Sequence record: PP291582.1
Direction: 5' to 3' (one strand)
DNA length: 44,773 bases
DNA from: Escherichia phage vB_EcoS_UTEC10
The position numbers and the translations under genes are program-made. Below, piece by piece: positions 1 to 7,662 of the stretch. Numbering within the stretch: position 1 is the stretch's first letter; each line of letters begins with the position of its first letter. Below the pieces are notes generated by a model. It saw only the letters and a list, made by a program, of their open reading frames with translations. It was not told where the DNA came from and did no database searches.

Positions 1-5
1 TGTGG

Positions 6-155
6 CTATTTTCGGCTTACCACCCATTGCAGTAATTGATTTATGCAATCTGCTTTCGAAAACCCGTTAAAGGACTTTGAGTAAACACCGTACATCACAG
101 TCAAAAACACCGTTCCGCGGTATTCCTCAAATAAAACATCATCAAACTCAATCAT
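6..155 (-). CDS. hypothetical small protein (49 aa)
   Basis: Manually translated ORF below the track cutoff (MIEFDDVLFEEYRG...); ATG overlaps the stop of the upstream gene in an ATGA motif at 152-155; GAGGAGAG RBS upstream. Confidence 0.35.
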   Translation of the reverse strand: MIEFDDVLFEEYRGTVFLTVMYGVYSKSFNGFSKADCINQLLQWVVSRK

Positions 156-388
156 TCCCCACTCTCCTCTTTAGCAATACGTTGCTCAGTTTTAGTGATG
201 CCCCTGCGCGTGAATAACACCGGGCTTGTCTTAACGTGCGTCATAAGACGGTTGTTATAAATTACGTGGCGCTCGCAGTCAACGTCTTTGCTGTACTTCG
301 CAATCGTCATTTCGTTGATGCCGGTTTGTCGGCATGTCTCCGCCATCGTGCCGTATTCTTTTATCAGGTTCGGAATGCTGGTAATCAT
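152..388 (-). CDS. small helix-turn-helix DNA-binding protein
   Basis: 78 aa track ORF; segment EYGTMAETCRQTGINEMTIAKYSKD resembles an HTH; tightly coupled to flanking small genes. Confidence 0.5.
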   Translation of the reverse strand: MITSIPNLIKEYGTMAETCRQTGINEMTIAKYSKDVDCERHVIYNNRLMTHVKTSPVLFTRRGITKTEQRIAKEESGE

Positions 389-582
389 TCTGCAGCAATC
401 TCCACTATGGATATAATTGCAACCTTCGAGTTGGGTGGCATACGCGAGGCCACATCTGATTCAATCGATCGAATATCCTTTACTGTAAGTTTTTCACCTT
501 TTTCTGGTGACGCCGTACAGTTGCCGAAGCCAGTTCCTGCGACGCTTGTCCAGGCATAACTGATAAAGAAACGTTTCATCAT
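385..582 (-). CDS. hypothetical small protein with N-terminal hydrophobic signal-like segment
   Basis: Track ORF 385..603 has a GTG at 603; internal ATG at 582 (MMKRFFISYAWTSVAGTGFGNC...) overlaps the stop of the upstream ORF (ATGA at 579-582). Confidence 0.4.
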   Translation of the reverse strand: MMKRFFISYAWTSVAGTGFGNCTASPEKGEKLTVKDIRSIESDVASRMPPNSKVAIISIVEIAAE

Positions 583-746
583 AAGAAATTCCTCGTTGTC
601 CACATCGCATTCGGATATTTGTTATCGCGGTCCTGCACTACGGCAATCATGTTACCCCGTTGCACCAGGCAGAAGTGCCGTTGCTGCTCGCCGTTGTAGC
701 GACGCCAGATTGCTTCTTCGATTGCTGCGTTGATGTCGCTGAACAT
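579..746 (-). CDS. hypothetical small protein (55 aa)
   Basis: Manually translated (MFSDINAAIEEAIWRRYNGEQQRHF...); stop overlaps the next start (ATGA); not in track because under 60 aa. Confidence 0.35.
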   Translation of the reverse strand: MFSDINAAIEEAIWRRYNGEQQRHFCLVQRGNMIAVVQDRDNKYPNAMWTTRNFL

Positions 747-833
747 TAGTATCTACCCCACAGAAAACCGACCAATAGCCCAATGAAGTAACTAAGACCA
801 ACCAGACTTATAACAACCTCAAGACTCATGCTC

Positions 834-1022
834 TCACCCCACTATCTCATCGCCAAGCCACGCCGTTTCTCGTATATCGTCTACTACACACGCAGCGTGC
901 TCACGGCTAATTGCAAAAATGTAGAAGCTGAACTTCTTCCCGTCGGCGTCGATATGGTTAACCGAGTAGGGTTTCCACAAGACGCCATCTATAACTACTG
1001 GCTCAGGCGCTTTCATACCCAT
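834..1022 (-). CDS. hypothetical protein
   Basis: Track ORF 834..1025; first ATG at 1022 (MGMKAPEPVV...); overlaps the end of the upstream gene. Confidence 0.45.
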   Translation of the reverse strand: MGMKAPEPVVIDGVLWKPYSVNHIDADGKKFSFYIFAISREHAACVVDDIRETAWLGDEIVG

Positions 1023-1200
1023 CACCGGAGGCTTTGTTAAGGTTGAAGCGGTTAATCAGTTCACGACGTGTCTCGTAAAGCGACTCTACCATTTGTTCAG
1101 CTACAGCGATTTTAGTATTCAGGACGTGCATCACGTGGCTGATGTCTACGCCGCCGTTAACAGCCTCTACCATCATCTTTTCGTATTCGCGGTCAGTCAT
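1003..1200 (-). CDS. hypothetical protein
   Basis: Track ORF 1003..1215; internal ATG at 1200 (MTDREYEKMMVE...) overlaps the stop of the upstream small ORF in GGAGAGAAGAAATGA. Confidence 0.45.
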   Translation of the reverse strand: MTDREYEKMMVEAVNGGVDISHVMHVLNTKIAVAEQMVESLYETRRELINRFNLNKASGDGYESA

Positions 1201-1352
1201 TTCTTCTCTCCCCACATGCGATTGAGATACTTGTTCTTGTCCGGCCCAGGGAAACTGTTACGTTTCATCAGTTCCTCGCGTGTAGGGAACGGGGTGTGAC
1301 TAACTTTGCGGCCTACTCGTAATGGTTGGCTTACTTGACCTTGTTCGCTCAT
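1197..1352 (-). CDS. hypothetical small protein (51 aa)
   Basis: Manually translated (MSEQGQVSQPLRVGRK...MWGEKK); start and stop both sit in copies of the 15-mer GGAGAGAAGAAATGA. Confidence 0.4.
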   Translation of the reverse strand: MSEQGQVSQPLRVGRKVSHTPFPTREELMKRNSFPGPDKNKYLNRMWGEKK

Positions 1353-1498
1353 TTCTTCTCTCCTGCGTAAGCTGCTTTCAGTGTTTGCATCGCAGCGAAC
1401 CAGAACGCGTCAGCGGGGATACTGCTACTAAGGTTACTAACGGCGATACGTGCCATCAGTTGTGCGTCTTTGAAGGCTTCGATATCTGTGATTTTCAT
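1349..1498 (-). CDS. hypothetical small protein (49 aa)
   Basis: Manually translated (MKITDIEAFKDAQLMARIAV...AAYAGEKK); first gene after the minus-strand promoter at 1532-1560; GGAG RBS upstream. Confidence 0.4.
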   Translation of the reverse strand: MKITDIEAFKDAQLMARIAVSNLSSSIPADAFWFAAMQTLKAAYAGEKK

Positions 1499-1531
1499 CT
1501 TCTCTACTCCGTTCTCGTTGTCGATGGAGTA

Positions 1532-1560
1532 AATATAATAGGGTCGTAGGTAATAGTCAA
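1532..1560 (-). promoter_or_regulatory. sigma70-like promoter (TTGACT-N17-TATATT) for the leftward small-gene operon
   Basis: Minus-strand reading gives TTGACT, a 17-nt spacer and TATATT; shares the TATAATAGGG core of the repeated promoter element. Confidence 0.4.
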
Positions 1561-1591
1561 CTAGTCATTGCAGAAAATAGATAAAAAAAAA

Positions 1592-1614
1592 TCCCGGCTG
1601 GGTCAGGGCCGGGA
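1592..1614 (-). terminator. Rho-independent terminator (minus strand)
   Basis: GC-rich hairpin CCCGGC/GCCGGG at 1593-1613 followed on the minus strand by a 9-nt T run (A run 1583-1591 on plus strand). Confidence 0.55.
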
Positions 1615-1697
1615 TAAAACTGGAGAGTAGAGGGATGGAACAGGAGGTGATTTAAGTATCGTCGGATTAGTCTCAGGTGTCAATTGGTAAAATAAAA

Positions 1698-1716
1698 CCC
1701 GGATTCGCGGTCCGGG
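1698..1716 (-). terminator. hairpin terminator downstream of endolysin
   Basis: CCCGGA-N7-TCCGGG hairpin flanked by a T-rich run on the minus strand. Confidence 0.4.
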
Positions 1717-1846
1717 TTTCGGTCATAAGCCCCTGAACCCTACGCAGTCTCCACCGCTTGGGCTGCTGCTTCAGGTTTACCAGGGCTTAGTGTGCAAGCA
1801 CAAACAGCGTGGAAGTAAGTTTACTAAACGCCTTCGTATTCGTCCA

Positions 1847-2347
1847 TCATTTAACAGCCCTCCCAATAGCCTCAGCCTCTTGCCACGGTTTACCGTCGAA
1901 CAGTGCAAGCCGTCCGGCGGTACGGCGGCGCAGGCCGAGTAACGGTTTACCGTTCTGGTTGATGAACAGCGCCAGCTTAGCCTGCAGCGTCGCAATATCT
2001 CCCCGCCGTAGCGCCTTACCTGTGCCTGTAGTAGCGGCAATCACACCTGCTCCGGCGTTATACACCAGGTCACACACCGCGTCAAACTGAGCCTGTGTCA
2101 GTGAATGGTGTGCTGCTGCGTCAACCGCAGCTACGGCCTTAGCCATATCGCGATTCAGTAACAGGAGGCCTTGTCCGGGGGTGATGGTCTTACCAGGTGT
2201 TACGTCAGGCCCGTAGTGACCATAGCCAATAGTAAGGTACTTCTCGTTCGGCGTAGCACGATACGCAGTTCCGCGGAATCCCTCGAACGCGGCAGTGAAA
2301 TGCAACCCATTATCTGAAATATTTCGAGACACGCTTATGTCCTCCAT
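1847..2347 (-). CDS. endolysin, T4-type lysozyme fold (GH24-like)
   Basis: FEGFRGTAYRATPNEKYLTIGYGH matches the catalytic Glu-Asp-Thr region of T4-type lysozymes; start uncertain (ATG 2347 or TTG 2383). Confidence 0.8.
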   Translation of the reverse strand: MEDISVSRNISDNGLHFTAAFEGFRGTAYRATPNEKYLTIGYGHYGPDVTPGKTITPGQGLLLLNRDMAKAVAAVDAAAHHSLTQAQFDAVCDLVYNAGAGVIAATTGTGKALRRGDIATLQAKLALFINQNGKPLLGLRRRTAGRLALFDGKPWQEAEAIGRAVK

Positions 2348-2582
2348 ACGACAGCCACGCCTGACGAATCTGACGCAGCGCAACTAATGTGATTAATGTC
2401 TCCGGCAACGTCGGGGACATGCTGCCCTGTAACAGGTGGATGCATCCGGCGACGCAGACGATAGCGGTCAGGATATAGAGCACCCGACCAAACAGCCCGT
2501 CGTCCACGCTGGGGTGGTACACATTAAACAGCGATGTGCCCCCGATTGCCAGCATACCGCCGAACCAGAATAGTTCATTCAT
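2310..2582 (-). CDS. two-TM membrane protein, holin/antiholin-like
   Basis: Internal ATG at 2582 with GAGGAGG RBS; 90 aa with two hydrophobic helices; sits between holin and endolysin. Confidence 0.45.
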   Translation of the reverse strand: MNELFWFGGMLAIGGTSLFNVYHPSVDDGLFGRVLYILTAIVCVAGCIHLLQGSMSPTLPETLITLVALRQIRQAWLSYGGHKRVSKYFR

Positions 2583-2883
2583 CTGTGCCTCCTCGACGTG
2601 CGATGTATTCTCCGGCGACGATACCAGAGAGACGGGAATAGATAGGCATCCAGAGAATGGCGATAATGAAGCCCAACCCGGCGATTTCACGGTCGCCCGT
2701 GATTCCAAACCATTGAGCTGCGAGAGGCGCGCCAAATACTGCGCAAGTGAAGCCGGTTGCAATAAAGCAGAAGCCGTCGATAGGGCCGGAAATAGCGGAC
2801 TTATGTTGTCGTAGTCCTATTACCCCTCCGGCTAGCGCGGCAGCGAGAAGCCACCCCGTCACTGTTTCAGTAAATTTATCCAA
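2575..2883 (-). CDS. holin (three predicted TM helices)
   Basis: 102 aa, three hydrophobic segments, charged C-terminus; TTG start with GGAGGA RBS; immediately upstream of the lysis genes. Confidence 0.55.
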   Translation of the reverse strand: MDKFTETVTGWLLAAALAGGVIGLRQHKSAISGPIDGFCFIATGFTCAVFGAPLAAQWFGITGDREIAGLGFIIAILWMPIYSRLSGIVAGEYIARRGGTDE

Positions 2884-2942
2884 GATGAATCCTCCAGGTG
2901 CGTATTAAGTATGCAGTAACTGGAGGATACCACGGGTAGGAA

Positions 2943-3383
2943 TTATCCTAATAGTTGTTTGGTAATAATCTTGCCGCCGGTGTTAACGTCGAACTTCGAT
3001 GCAACGGCTACGCCGCCATGCGCCGAATACCCACATTCCATAGCCGCTAATGCATATGGCGAGCCGGACCCAACGGCGGCAAAGCTGTCCGCAACCGTAA
3101 TAACCGAACTTAGTGCACAATCCCATGATTTATAGAACGCGACTTTGTACACCTTTTCTGTGTCTTTCACGAACACCAGGGCTTCGAAATCGAAGTCATA
3201 ATGTCTTGCCTGAAGGATATAAGGGTTGTCTATAAGCATAGTGCCAACTCCGGCATCACCCGCCACACCGATAATATAAGTATCATTCTCGTATATCTTT
3301 GTGTCAGTGTTGTAGCAGTTACTTCCGCACACAACGCGGGTATCACAGGCCATGGTCTTTCCATCGAATGCAATAGTAGTCAT
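2943..3383 (-). CDS. HslV/proteasome beta-subunit-like Ntn-hydrolase peptidase
   Basis: N-terminal MTTIAF (Thr nucleophile after Met), YIIGVAGDAGVGT and GSGSPYA motifs parallel HslV TTIVSV / VIAGFAGGTADA / GSGGPYA. Confidence 0.55.
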   Translation of the reverse strand: MTTIAFDGKTMACDTRVVCGSNCYNTDTKIYENDTYIIGVAGDAGVGTMLIDNPYILQARHYDFDFEALVFVKDTEKVYKVAFYKSWDCALSSVITVADSFAAVGSGSPYALAAMECGYSAHGGVAVASKFDVNTGGKIITKQLLG

Positions 3384-3673
3384 TTATGTCTCCAGATGTA
3401 TTGTCGTCTCTGCGGTTTCGTTGGAATATCATCGTACCCCCGCGATTTCCAGTAATTAAATAGCCGATTAGCGATAGCGGCGCGTTCCTGTGTTTTAAAC
3501 TCACCGAGATTCACGGCCTTCCCGTTCTGGAATCCGCAGGCGCGGACAGCTTTGCGTCTGGCCTGAATCTCTGGGTACAGCGCGTTACGGCGGCGCTTGT
3601 ATATCTGTATTTTAGCTCTCGGCGACAGCGGCGCGAGGCCGCTTCGTTTCAGGATGTCAGTTGCAAGAGACAT
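3380..3673 (-). CDS. hypothetical basic protein
   Basis: 97 aa track ORF, ATG start, ATGA overlap with the downstream gene. Confidence 0.5.
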   Translation of the reverse strand: MSLATDILKRSGLAPLSPRAKIQIYKRRRNALYPEIQARRKAVRACGFQNGKAVNLGEFKTQERAAIANRLFNYWKSRGYDDIPTKPQRRQYIWRHK

Positions 3674-3901
3674 TTATTGCCTCTCTATTTTAAAATGATA
3701 CATAATTCCGGATAACGCACCGATAGCCGTGTTGACATTGAAGTCTTTAATGTCGCAGAGGTTTCTAAGATACCGAACAGCATCAGCGAGTTCCGCGAAG
3801 TCTTCGTAACGTACCCAATCACCTTCGTCACTCTTAACCAGGTCGTTATACGGGTCGTATGGGTATTCACTAACATCTTTAAGCTCGTATCTCTGTACCA
3901 T
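3674..3901 (-). CDS. hypothetical protein, paralog A of a tandem pair
   Basis: Internal ATG at 3901 (MVQRYELKD...); shares VQRYE...LVKSDEGDW.YED with the upstream gene. Confidence 0.45.
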   Translation of the reverse strand: MVQRYELKDVSEYPYDPYNDLVKSDEGDWVRYEDFAELADAVRYLRNLCDIKDFNVNTAIGALSGIMYHFKIERQ

Positions 3902-4188
3902 CACTCCACCCCTTCCACATGTGTAACAGACCCGCAGTTCGCGCACTCGACGTAATCCGGGAACTGGTCTTTGTATTTCTGTAACTCGGCGTTTACTTCT
4001 GCCAGTCTTGACACAAGCCCCTCTATTTCCATATCCGTAGTGGTTATGTAGTCCTGGAAACTGTCGTCCAGTTCCTTGTAATCTTCGTAACTTATCCAGT
4101 CGCCTTCGTCACTCTTAACCAGCTCATGATACGGGTGGCACGAGTTAACACACACAGCTCTAAACTCATATCTCTGTACCACAATCAC
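3901..4188 (-). CDS. hypothetical protein, paralog B of a tandem pair
   Basis: 95 aa; N-terminal 40 aa paralogous to 3674..3901; C-terminus has a CxxC pair; GTG start overlapping the upstream stop. Confidence 0.45.
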   Translation of the reverse strand: MIVVQRYEFRAVCVNSCHPYHELVKSDEGDWISYEDYKELDDSFQDYITTTDMEIEGLVSRLAEVNAELQKYKDQFPDYVECANCGSVTHVEGVE

Positions 4189-4388
4189 TTCTCCTGTTTA
4201 CCAAGTCGCTTAGGTGAGCAGATAGCGCGTACCTCTGAATCGTTGGGCTTGTCGCCCTGAAACAGGAAGTGCGCGTTCTCTGCGGCGCGTGCCGCTGACT
4301 GGCACGCCTCCATCGAATAAAACGTTTCTGCTGCCGCTAGTTGCATCTGGCCTGCGGACAGTACCCAGATAAATAAGATGCTGGTCAT
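4185..4388 (-). CDS. small secreted protein (signal peptide predicted)
   Basis: Internal ATG at 4388 gives MTSILFIWVLSAGQMQLAAAETF..., a typical signal peptide with AxA site; ATGA overlap with the upstream gene. Confidence 0.45.
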   Translation of the reverse strand: MTSILFIWVLSAGQMQLAAAETFYSMEACQSAARAAENAHFLFQGDKPNDSEVRAICSPKRLGKQEK

Positions 4389-4882
4389 TTCTTTAACCCG
4401 CATTTAAGGCACATACAAGGAAACCCGACTCCGTAAAATTGCCATTCGTGCTCGCATTCCTGAGTATAGTTTTTCGGTTTATATTCCTCGTCATCCCACT
4501 CACGTTTACCACATTTAGAACAAAGCTCGCTACCAGGAACGTTGTTCGGATTGCCTTCACTGAGAAACAACCCAGGCATAATAATCCAAGAGTGCTCACA
4601 TTCCTGAGTATCTTCCTTACGGCAACCTGATTGCTCGGGTCCGTGTTCACCTACTACGTAGCTCACCCCTTTCGGCAGCGGGCCGCCGCGTTTTGTGACG
4701 CGGTTGAAATCCTCGTTCATCAGCTTTATTGTTTCCTGTAGCTCATCCACCAGCGCCGACGCGTCACGTAACTGATTCTTAAGTGACTGCACCTCATGCG
4801 CCAGGTCTTCGCACTGGTTGCTGTTTACCTGCTGCCGTAGTTGGTCAATCAGGTACTCGAATACTTCGTTTTTACTGTTCAT
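4385..4882 (-). CDS. coiled-coil / zinc-ribbon protein
   Basis: 165 aa; N-terminal heptad-like region, C-terminal Cys-rich region with repeated QECEH.W and CxxC motifs. Confidence 0.5.
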   Translation of the reverse strand: MNSKNEVFEYLIDQLRQQVNSNQCEDLAHEVQSLKNQLRDASALVDELQETIKLMNEDFNRVTKRGGPLPKGVSYVVGEHGPEQSGCRKEDTQECEHSWIIMPGLFLSEGNPNNVPGSELCSKCGKREWDDEEYKPKNYTQECEHEWQFYGVGFPCMCLKCGLKK

Positions 4883-5039
4883 TTTTCTGTTGCTCCCGGT
4901 CTCTTTTTAACATTTCATTGGCTTCCGCCAGTGCCTCTTTCCAGGTATCGAACTGGCGCCCATTGCACACCCACGGAGCACCTTTATAATTTCCTCTACG
5001 TCTTAAGTACCCGTATGATACCGCTTCTTTAAACGTCAT
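4872..5039 (-). CDS. hypothetical small protein
   Basis: Track ORF 4872..5054 (GTG); ATG at 5039 with GGAGAGA RBS; first gene downstream of the promoter at 5071-5099. Confidence 0.4.
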   Translation of the reverse strand: MTFKEAVSYGYLRRRGNYKGAPWVCNGRQFDTWKEALAEANEMLKRDREQQKNEQ

Positions 5040-5070
5040 CTTCCATCTCTCCACTCGTCGGTGTAAATGA

Positions 5071-5099
5071 ATAGTAGCCTATTCTATCTTAGTGTGCAA
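5071..5099 (-). promoter_or_regulatory. promoter TTGCAC-N17-TACTAT with embedded AATAG-N4-CTATT inverted repeat
   Basis: Minus-strand reading of 5071-5099; inverted repeat at 5070-5083 lies in the spacer. Confidence 0.5.
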
Positions 5100-5106
5100 G
5101 TAAATT

Positions 5107-5280
5107 TTATTGGTGTGTTATAGAGTCGATGAACGCCAGTAACTCGCGCTCCGCTTCTGCTTCTCTTTCTTCAAGCAACCAGGTAGCGGATTCCTCTGTT
5201 GCCGTTGCTATATCGGTTTTCACATCAATCATCGTGTCTATTAACGCGATTAATCGTTCGGCCTGTTCTTTAGTAATCAT
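5107..5280 (-). CDS. hypothetical small acidic protein (57 aa)
   Basis: Manually translated (MITKEQAERLIALIDTMIDVKTD...); AGGAGA RBS 7 nt upstream; opposite-strand track ORF 5129..5341 is low-complexity. Confidence 0.4.
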   Translation of the reverse strand: MITKEQAERLIALIDTMIDVKTDIATATEESATWLLEEREAEAERELLAFIDSITHQ

Positions 5281-5415
5281 TGTTGCATCTCCTGCAATAA
5301 TCGCTTCTATTGTTGCGTTCGGTGAAAGTGTCGCTTTTTGACGACACTAATCTAAAGTTGTACGCTGCTGTGTAGCAGCGTAAGTCACTCAGTCAAATAG
5401 TAACCTATTGACCTG

Positions 5416-5616
5416 TTACACCAGTTTCGGCGGTTTAGGCAATTTCCTCCAGTGCGTTATATCCTCGTTGTCTATGACAGAGTTGAATTCATCCCAACTA
5501 TCCCACTCATCCGAATCATCATCGAACCATTTAATCTCAACCTCTCCCCCATCAGTCACAAGTACATGAGAGAAAGGAGCGGGCATCTGCTCACTGCACT
5601 TAATCCACTTACCCAT
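5416..5616 (-). CDS. DUF551-like phage protein
   Basis: MGKWIKCSEQMP...THWRKLPKPP pattern typical of small DUF551 phage proteins. Confidence 0.45.
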   Translation of the reverse strand: MGKWIKCSEQMPAPFSHVLVTDGGEVEIKWFDDDSDEWDSWDEFNSVIDNEDITHWRKLPKPPKLV

Positions 5617-5766
5617 ATCTCACCTCGTATTCATCACAGCTTGCACACCAGCTTTCCACGCCCGCCACGCTAGACGCGTCTTAATGTTCAGGTACTCTTT
5701 CTTTGAACCTTTGTTAACCGGCAGACCCTCGACGACAGCCCACCGTTCGAATGCTTCTCTCACAAC

Positions 5767-6033
5767 TCACCCCATCTTCTCTTTAACGTGCACCCAAAAC
5801 TCACCACAGTACCAGCACCACATAAGATTAGGCGTCTCGCGCACCCAACCGTAATCCTTGCGGGCACGAATCGGGATAATACCCTTAGTGAAATAATAAC
5901 CTGTTCGCAGAAACTCAGGGTCGCGAGTCGCAGTGCGCCACATGTTATAAAACTGCTCCAGCCCGGAACCCCGGCGCATGACCCGTATTTTATGGTTATA
6001 TTCCGCTACTGTTTTCAGTTCAGTGTTATTCAT
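5767..6033 (-). CDS. hypothetical protein
   Basis: 88 aa track ORF; ATG start; ATGA overlap with the upstream gene stop. Confidence 0.5.
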   Translation of the reverse strand: MNNTELKTVAEYNHKIRVMRRGSGLEQFYNMWRTATRDPEFLRTGYYFTKGIIPIRARKDYGWVRETPNLMWCWYCGEFWVHVKEKMG

Positions 6034-6284
6034 TTACGGCAACCTCCCTCAGAGTCGTCGGCACGGGCATCATGATTCGATGCCGTTGTGAATGATGCGG
6101 AAGCAACATCGAAGAAACTAACGGTTAAAGTCTCGCCCACAGCGTCCTCTAAATCCCATTCATCACCGTCTTCATCTAAAACGTATCGACGGCCGTCGTA
6201 ATATACTCCCGACGAATACTTGTTACCTTTTACAAACCAATGCTGCACATCTGGACCAGATTCAATACAAATTAATTCTCCCAT
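6030..6284 (-). CDS. hypothetical protein
   Basis: Track ORF 6030..6287 (GTG); ATG at 6284. Confidence 0.45.
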   Translation of the reverse strand: MGELICIESGPDVQHWFVKGNKYSSGVYYDGRRYVLDEDGDEWDLEDAVGETLTVSFFDVASASFTTASNHDARADDSEGGCRK

Positions 6285-6469
6285 CACTTCGCCCCTTTGA
6301 ATTTAAAATTGTTGCCGATGAGTGTTAAATCACATTTACGGAGCAGTCCCTTACCAAACCCAGCTACGCTATTAACCTCAACAAAACCGAACCACATTAG
6401 CTTCGACTCTATTACAGTGAATAAATCGCCGCTAAATTTATCCCTAACCAACTGACCTTTCTTAAACAT
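6284..6469 (-). CDS. hypothetical protein
   Basis: Track ORF 6284..6478 (GTG); ATG at 6469 with AAGGGGTGAGG RBS. Confidence 0.45.
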   Translation of the reverse strand: MFKKGQLVRDKFSGDLFTVIESKLMWFGFVEVNSVAGFGKGLLRKCDLTLIGNNFKFKGAK

Positions 6470-6487
6470 AACCCTCACCCCTTTGTC

Positions 6488-6706
6488 TTATTTAAAGTAG
6501 ATAGCGAATTTCTTGTAACCAGCAGGCTCGTTACGAAGCCCTTTACCGTTGGCGAAACGTTGTACGTTGTTAAAATCATTTTCATCCATTCCGTCGGTGT
6601 CGAACGTAAAGAAGCTGCGTTTGTTCCCGATAATTACGCGCTCTGAAATATCGATGCCGTAAACTTCTTTGATTGCGGAAACCACGCTTGCGGTCGCTTT
6701 GTTCAT
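6488..6706 (-). CDS. hypothetical protein, first gene of a leftward early operon
   Basis: 72 aa track ORF; ATG with AAGGAAT RBS; directly downstream of the promoter at 6741-6769. Confidence 0.5.
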   Translation of the reverse strand: MNKATASVVSAIKEVYGIDISERVIIGNKRSFFTFDTDGMDENDFNNVQRFANGKGLRNEPAGYKKFAIYFK

Positions 6707-6740
6707 TTCTGAATTCCTTATGTCTCGTTTCGATAAGTGA

Positions 6741-6769
6741 ATAGTATCCTATTATGTTGGGGTGTGCAA
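6741..6769 (-). promoter_or_regulatory. promoter TTGCAC-N17-TACTAT with embedded AATAG-N4-CTATT inverted repeat
   Basis: Same architecture as the 5071-5099 promoter; inverted repeat at 6740-6753. Confidence 0.5.
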
Positions 6770-7142
6770 GAGAATAGTTACGTTGCCGTTGTGATTCTTC
6801 AGGTAGGGTTGTGCCTTTATTCTTATTACTTGGTAACTAAAGGGCAGGCCCTAAGCCTGCCCAATAATCGTTACATTTTTACGGTTGCGAATCTACGGCA
6901 CTTTAAGAAAATCAGATACTTAAGATATATTCCGCCGATGGGAATAGAGCTTGCCCAGGGCAACCGGAGATACTTAGGAAGGAAAGTTACGATAATTCGA
7001 ATGTTCAGTAAACTGCCGCCTAACACTTCGCGTTGGGCGCTCGTTTTCGGCGGGTTTTACAAGGTGAACAGGAATCAAAGTAACTAAGATATAGAAGCAC
7101 CTTAAACGAAGATTTTCTTAATGTCAATAGGTGCGATTATGT

Positions 7143-7171
7143 TTGATTTCCCATTATTCGCAATGTATACT
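7143..7171 (+). promoter_or_regulatory. sigma70-like promoter TTGATT-N17-TATACT for the rightward operon
   Basis: Near-consensus hexamers with 17-nt spacer in the 460-bp divergent intergenic region; lacks the AATAG/CTATT repeat. Confidence 0.5.
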
Positions 7172-7203
7172 TGGTTTCGTTAACTGATAATGGGGGTTTG
7201 AGA

Positions 7204-7374
7204 ATGACACAGAATGAAGTAGCCGAGCGTATTGGGGTTACCCGTCGCACGCTGAATAACTGGTTAAAGAGTGGGAAGTTCCCGGATTGTTGTATCCGTA
7301 TTATGGGCCGCCGGCAGCCGGGTACTTTCGACCCGGAGAAAGTGGAAGCGTGGATTAAGGAGAATGTAAAATGA
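7204..7374 (+). CDS. AlpA/Xis-like HTH transcriptional regulator
   Basis: Internal ATG of track ORF 7171..7374; MTQNEVAERIGVTRRTLNNWLKSGKFP resembles AlpA-family HTH proteins. Confidence 0.5.
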   Translation: MTQNEVAERIGVTRRTLNNWLKSGKFPDCCIRIMGRRQPGTFDPEKVEAWIKENVK

Positions 7375-7604
7375 CCGAGTTCCAGTCCCGCGTATTTACG
7401 GCAGTCGTTTCATTAACCTGTAAAAAAGGGTCGTGCAGCGTTATGGACTTGCGCCGTAGTTATTTTAGGTACTATAGTTCCGCCATTATTGAAGGGTCGT
7501 TGAAGGTACTGGTTAAATCTGGTGTCGTGAAAAATGTTGGCGGGAAATATAGTGCTGTTGCCGAAGTTCGCGGAATGACCGCTACTTTAGAAGACCTGGA
7601 ATAA
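7371..7604 (+). CDS. hypothetical protein with C-terminal LEDLE tail
   Basis: 77 aa; ATGA overlap with the upstream gene; C-terminus ...ATLEDLE. Confidence 0.45.
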   Translation: MTEFQSRVFTAVVSLTCKKGSCSVMDLRRSYFRYYSSAIIEGSLKVLVKSGVVKNVGGKYSAVAEVRGMTATLEDLE

Positions 7605-7662
7605 AAGAAAGCCCCGACGCGGTGAACGCCGAGGCTAAATTACTTGCTGAAGGAAATATAAC

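Noticed and set aside
1777-2090. ORFs of 87 aa (minus strand) and 93 aa (plus strand)
   Set aside because: Alternative frames overlapping the well-supported lysozyme gene.
6737-7087. 116-aa plus-strand ORF
   Set aside because: Spans the divergent intergenic region holding the early promoters and a hairpin at 6842-6862; no RBS and an implausible composition.
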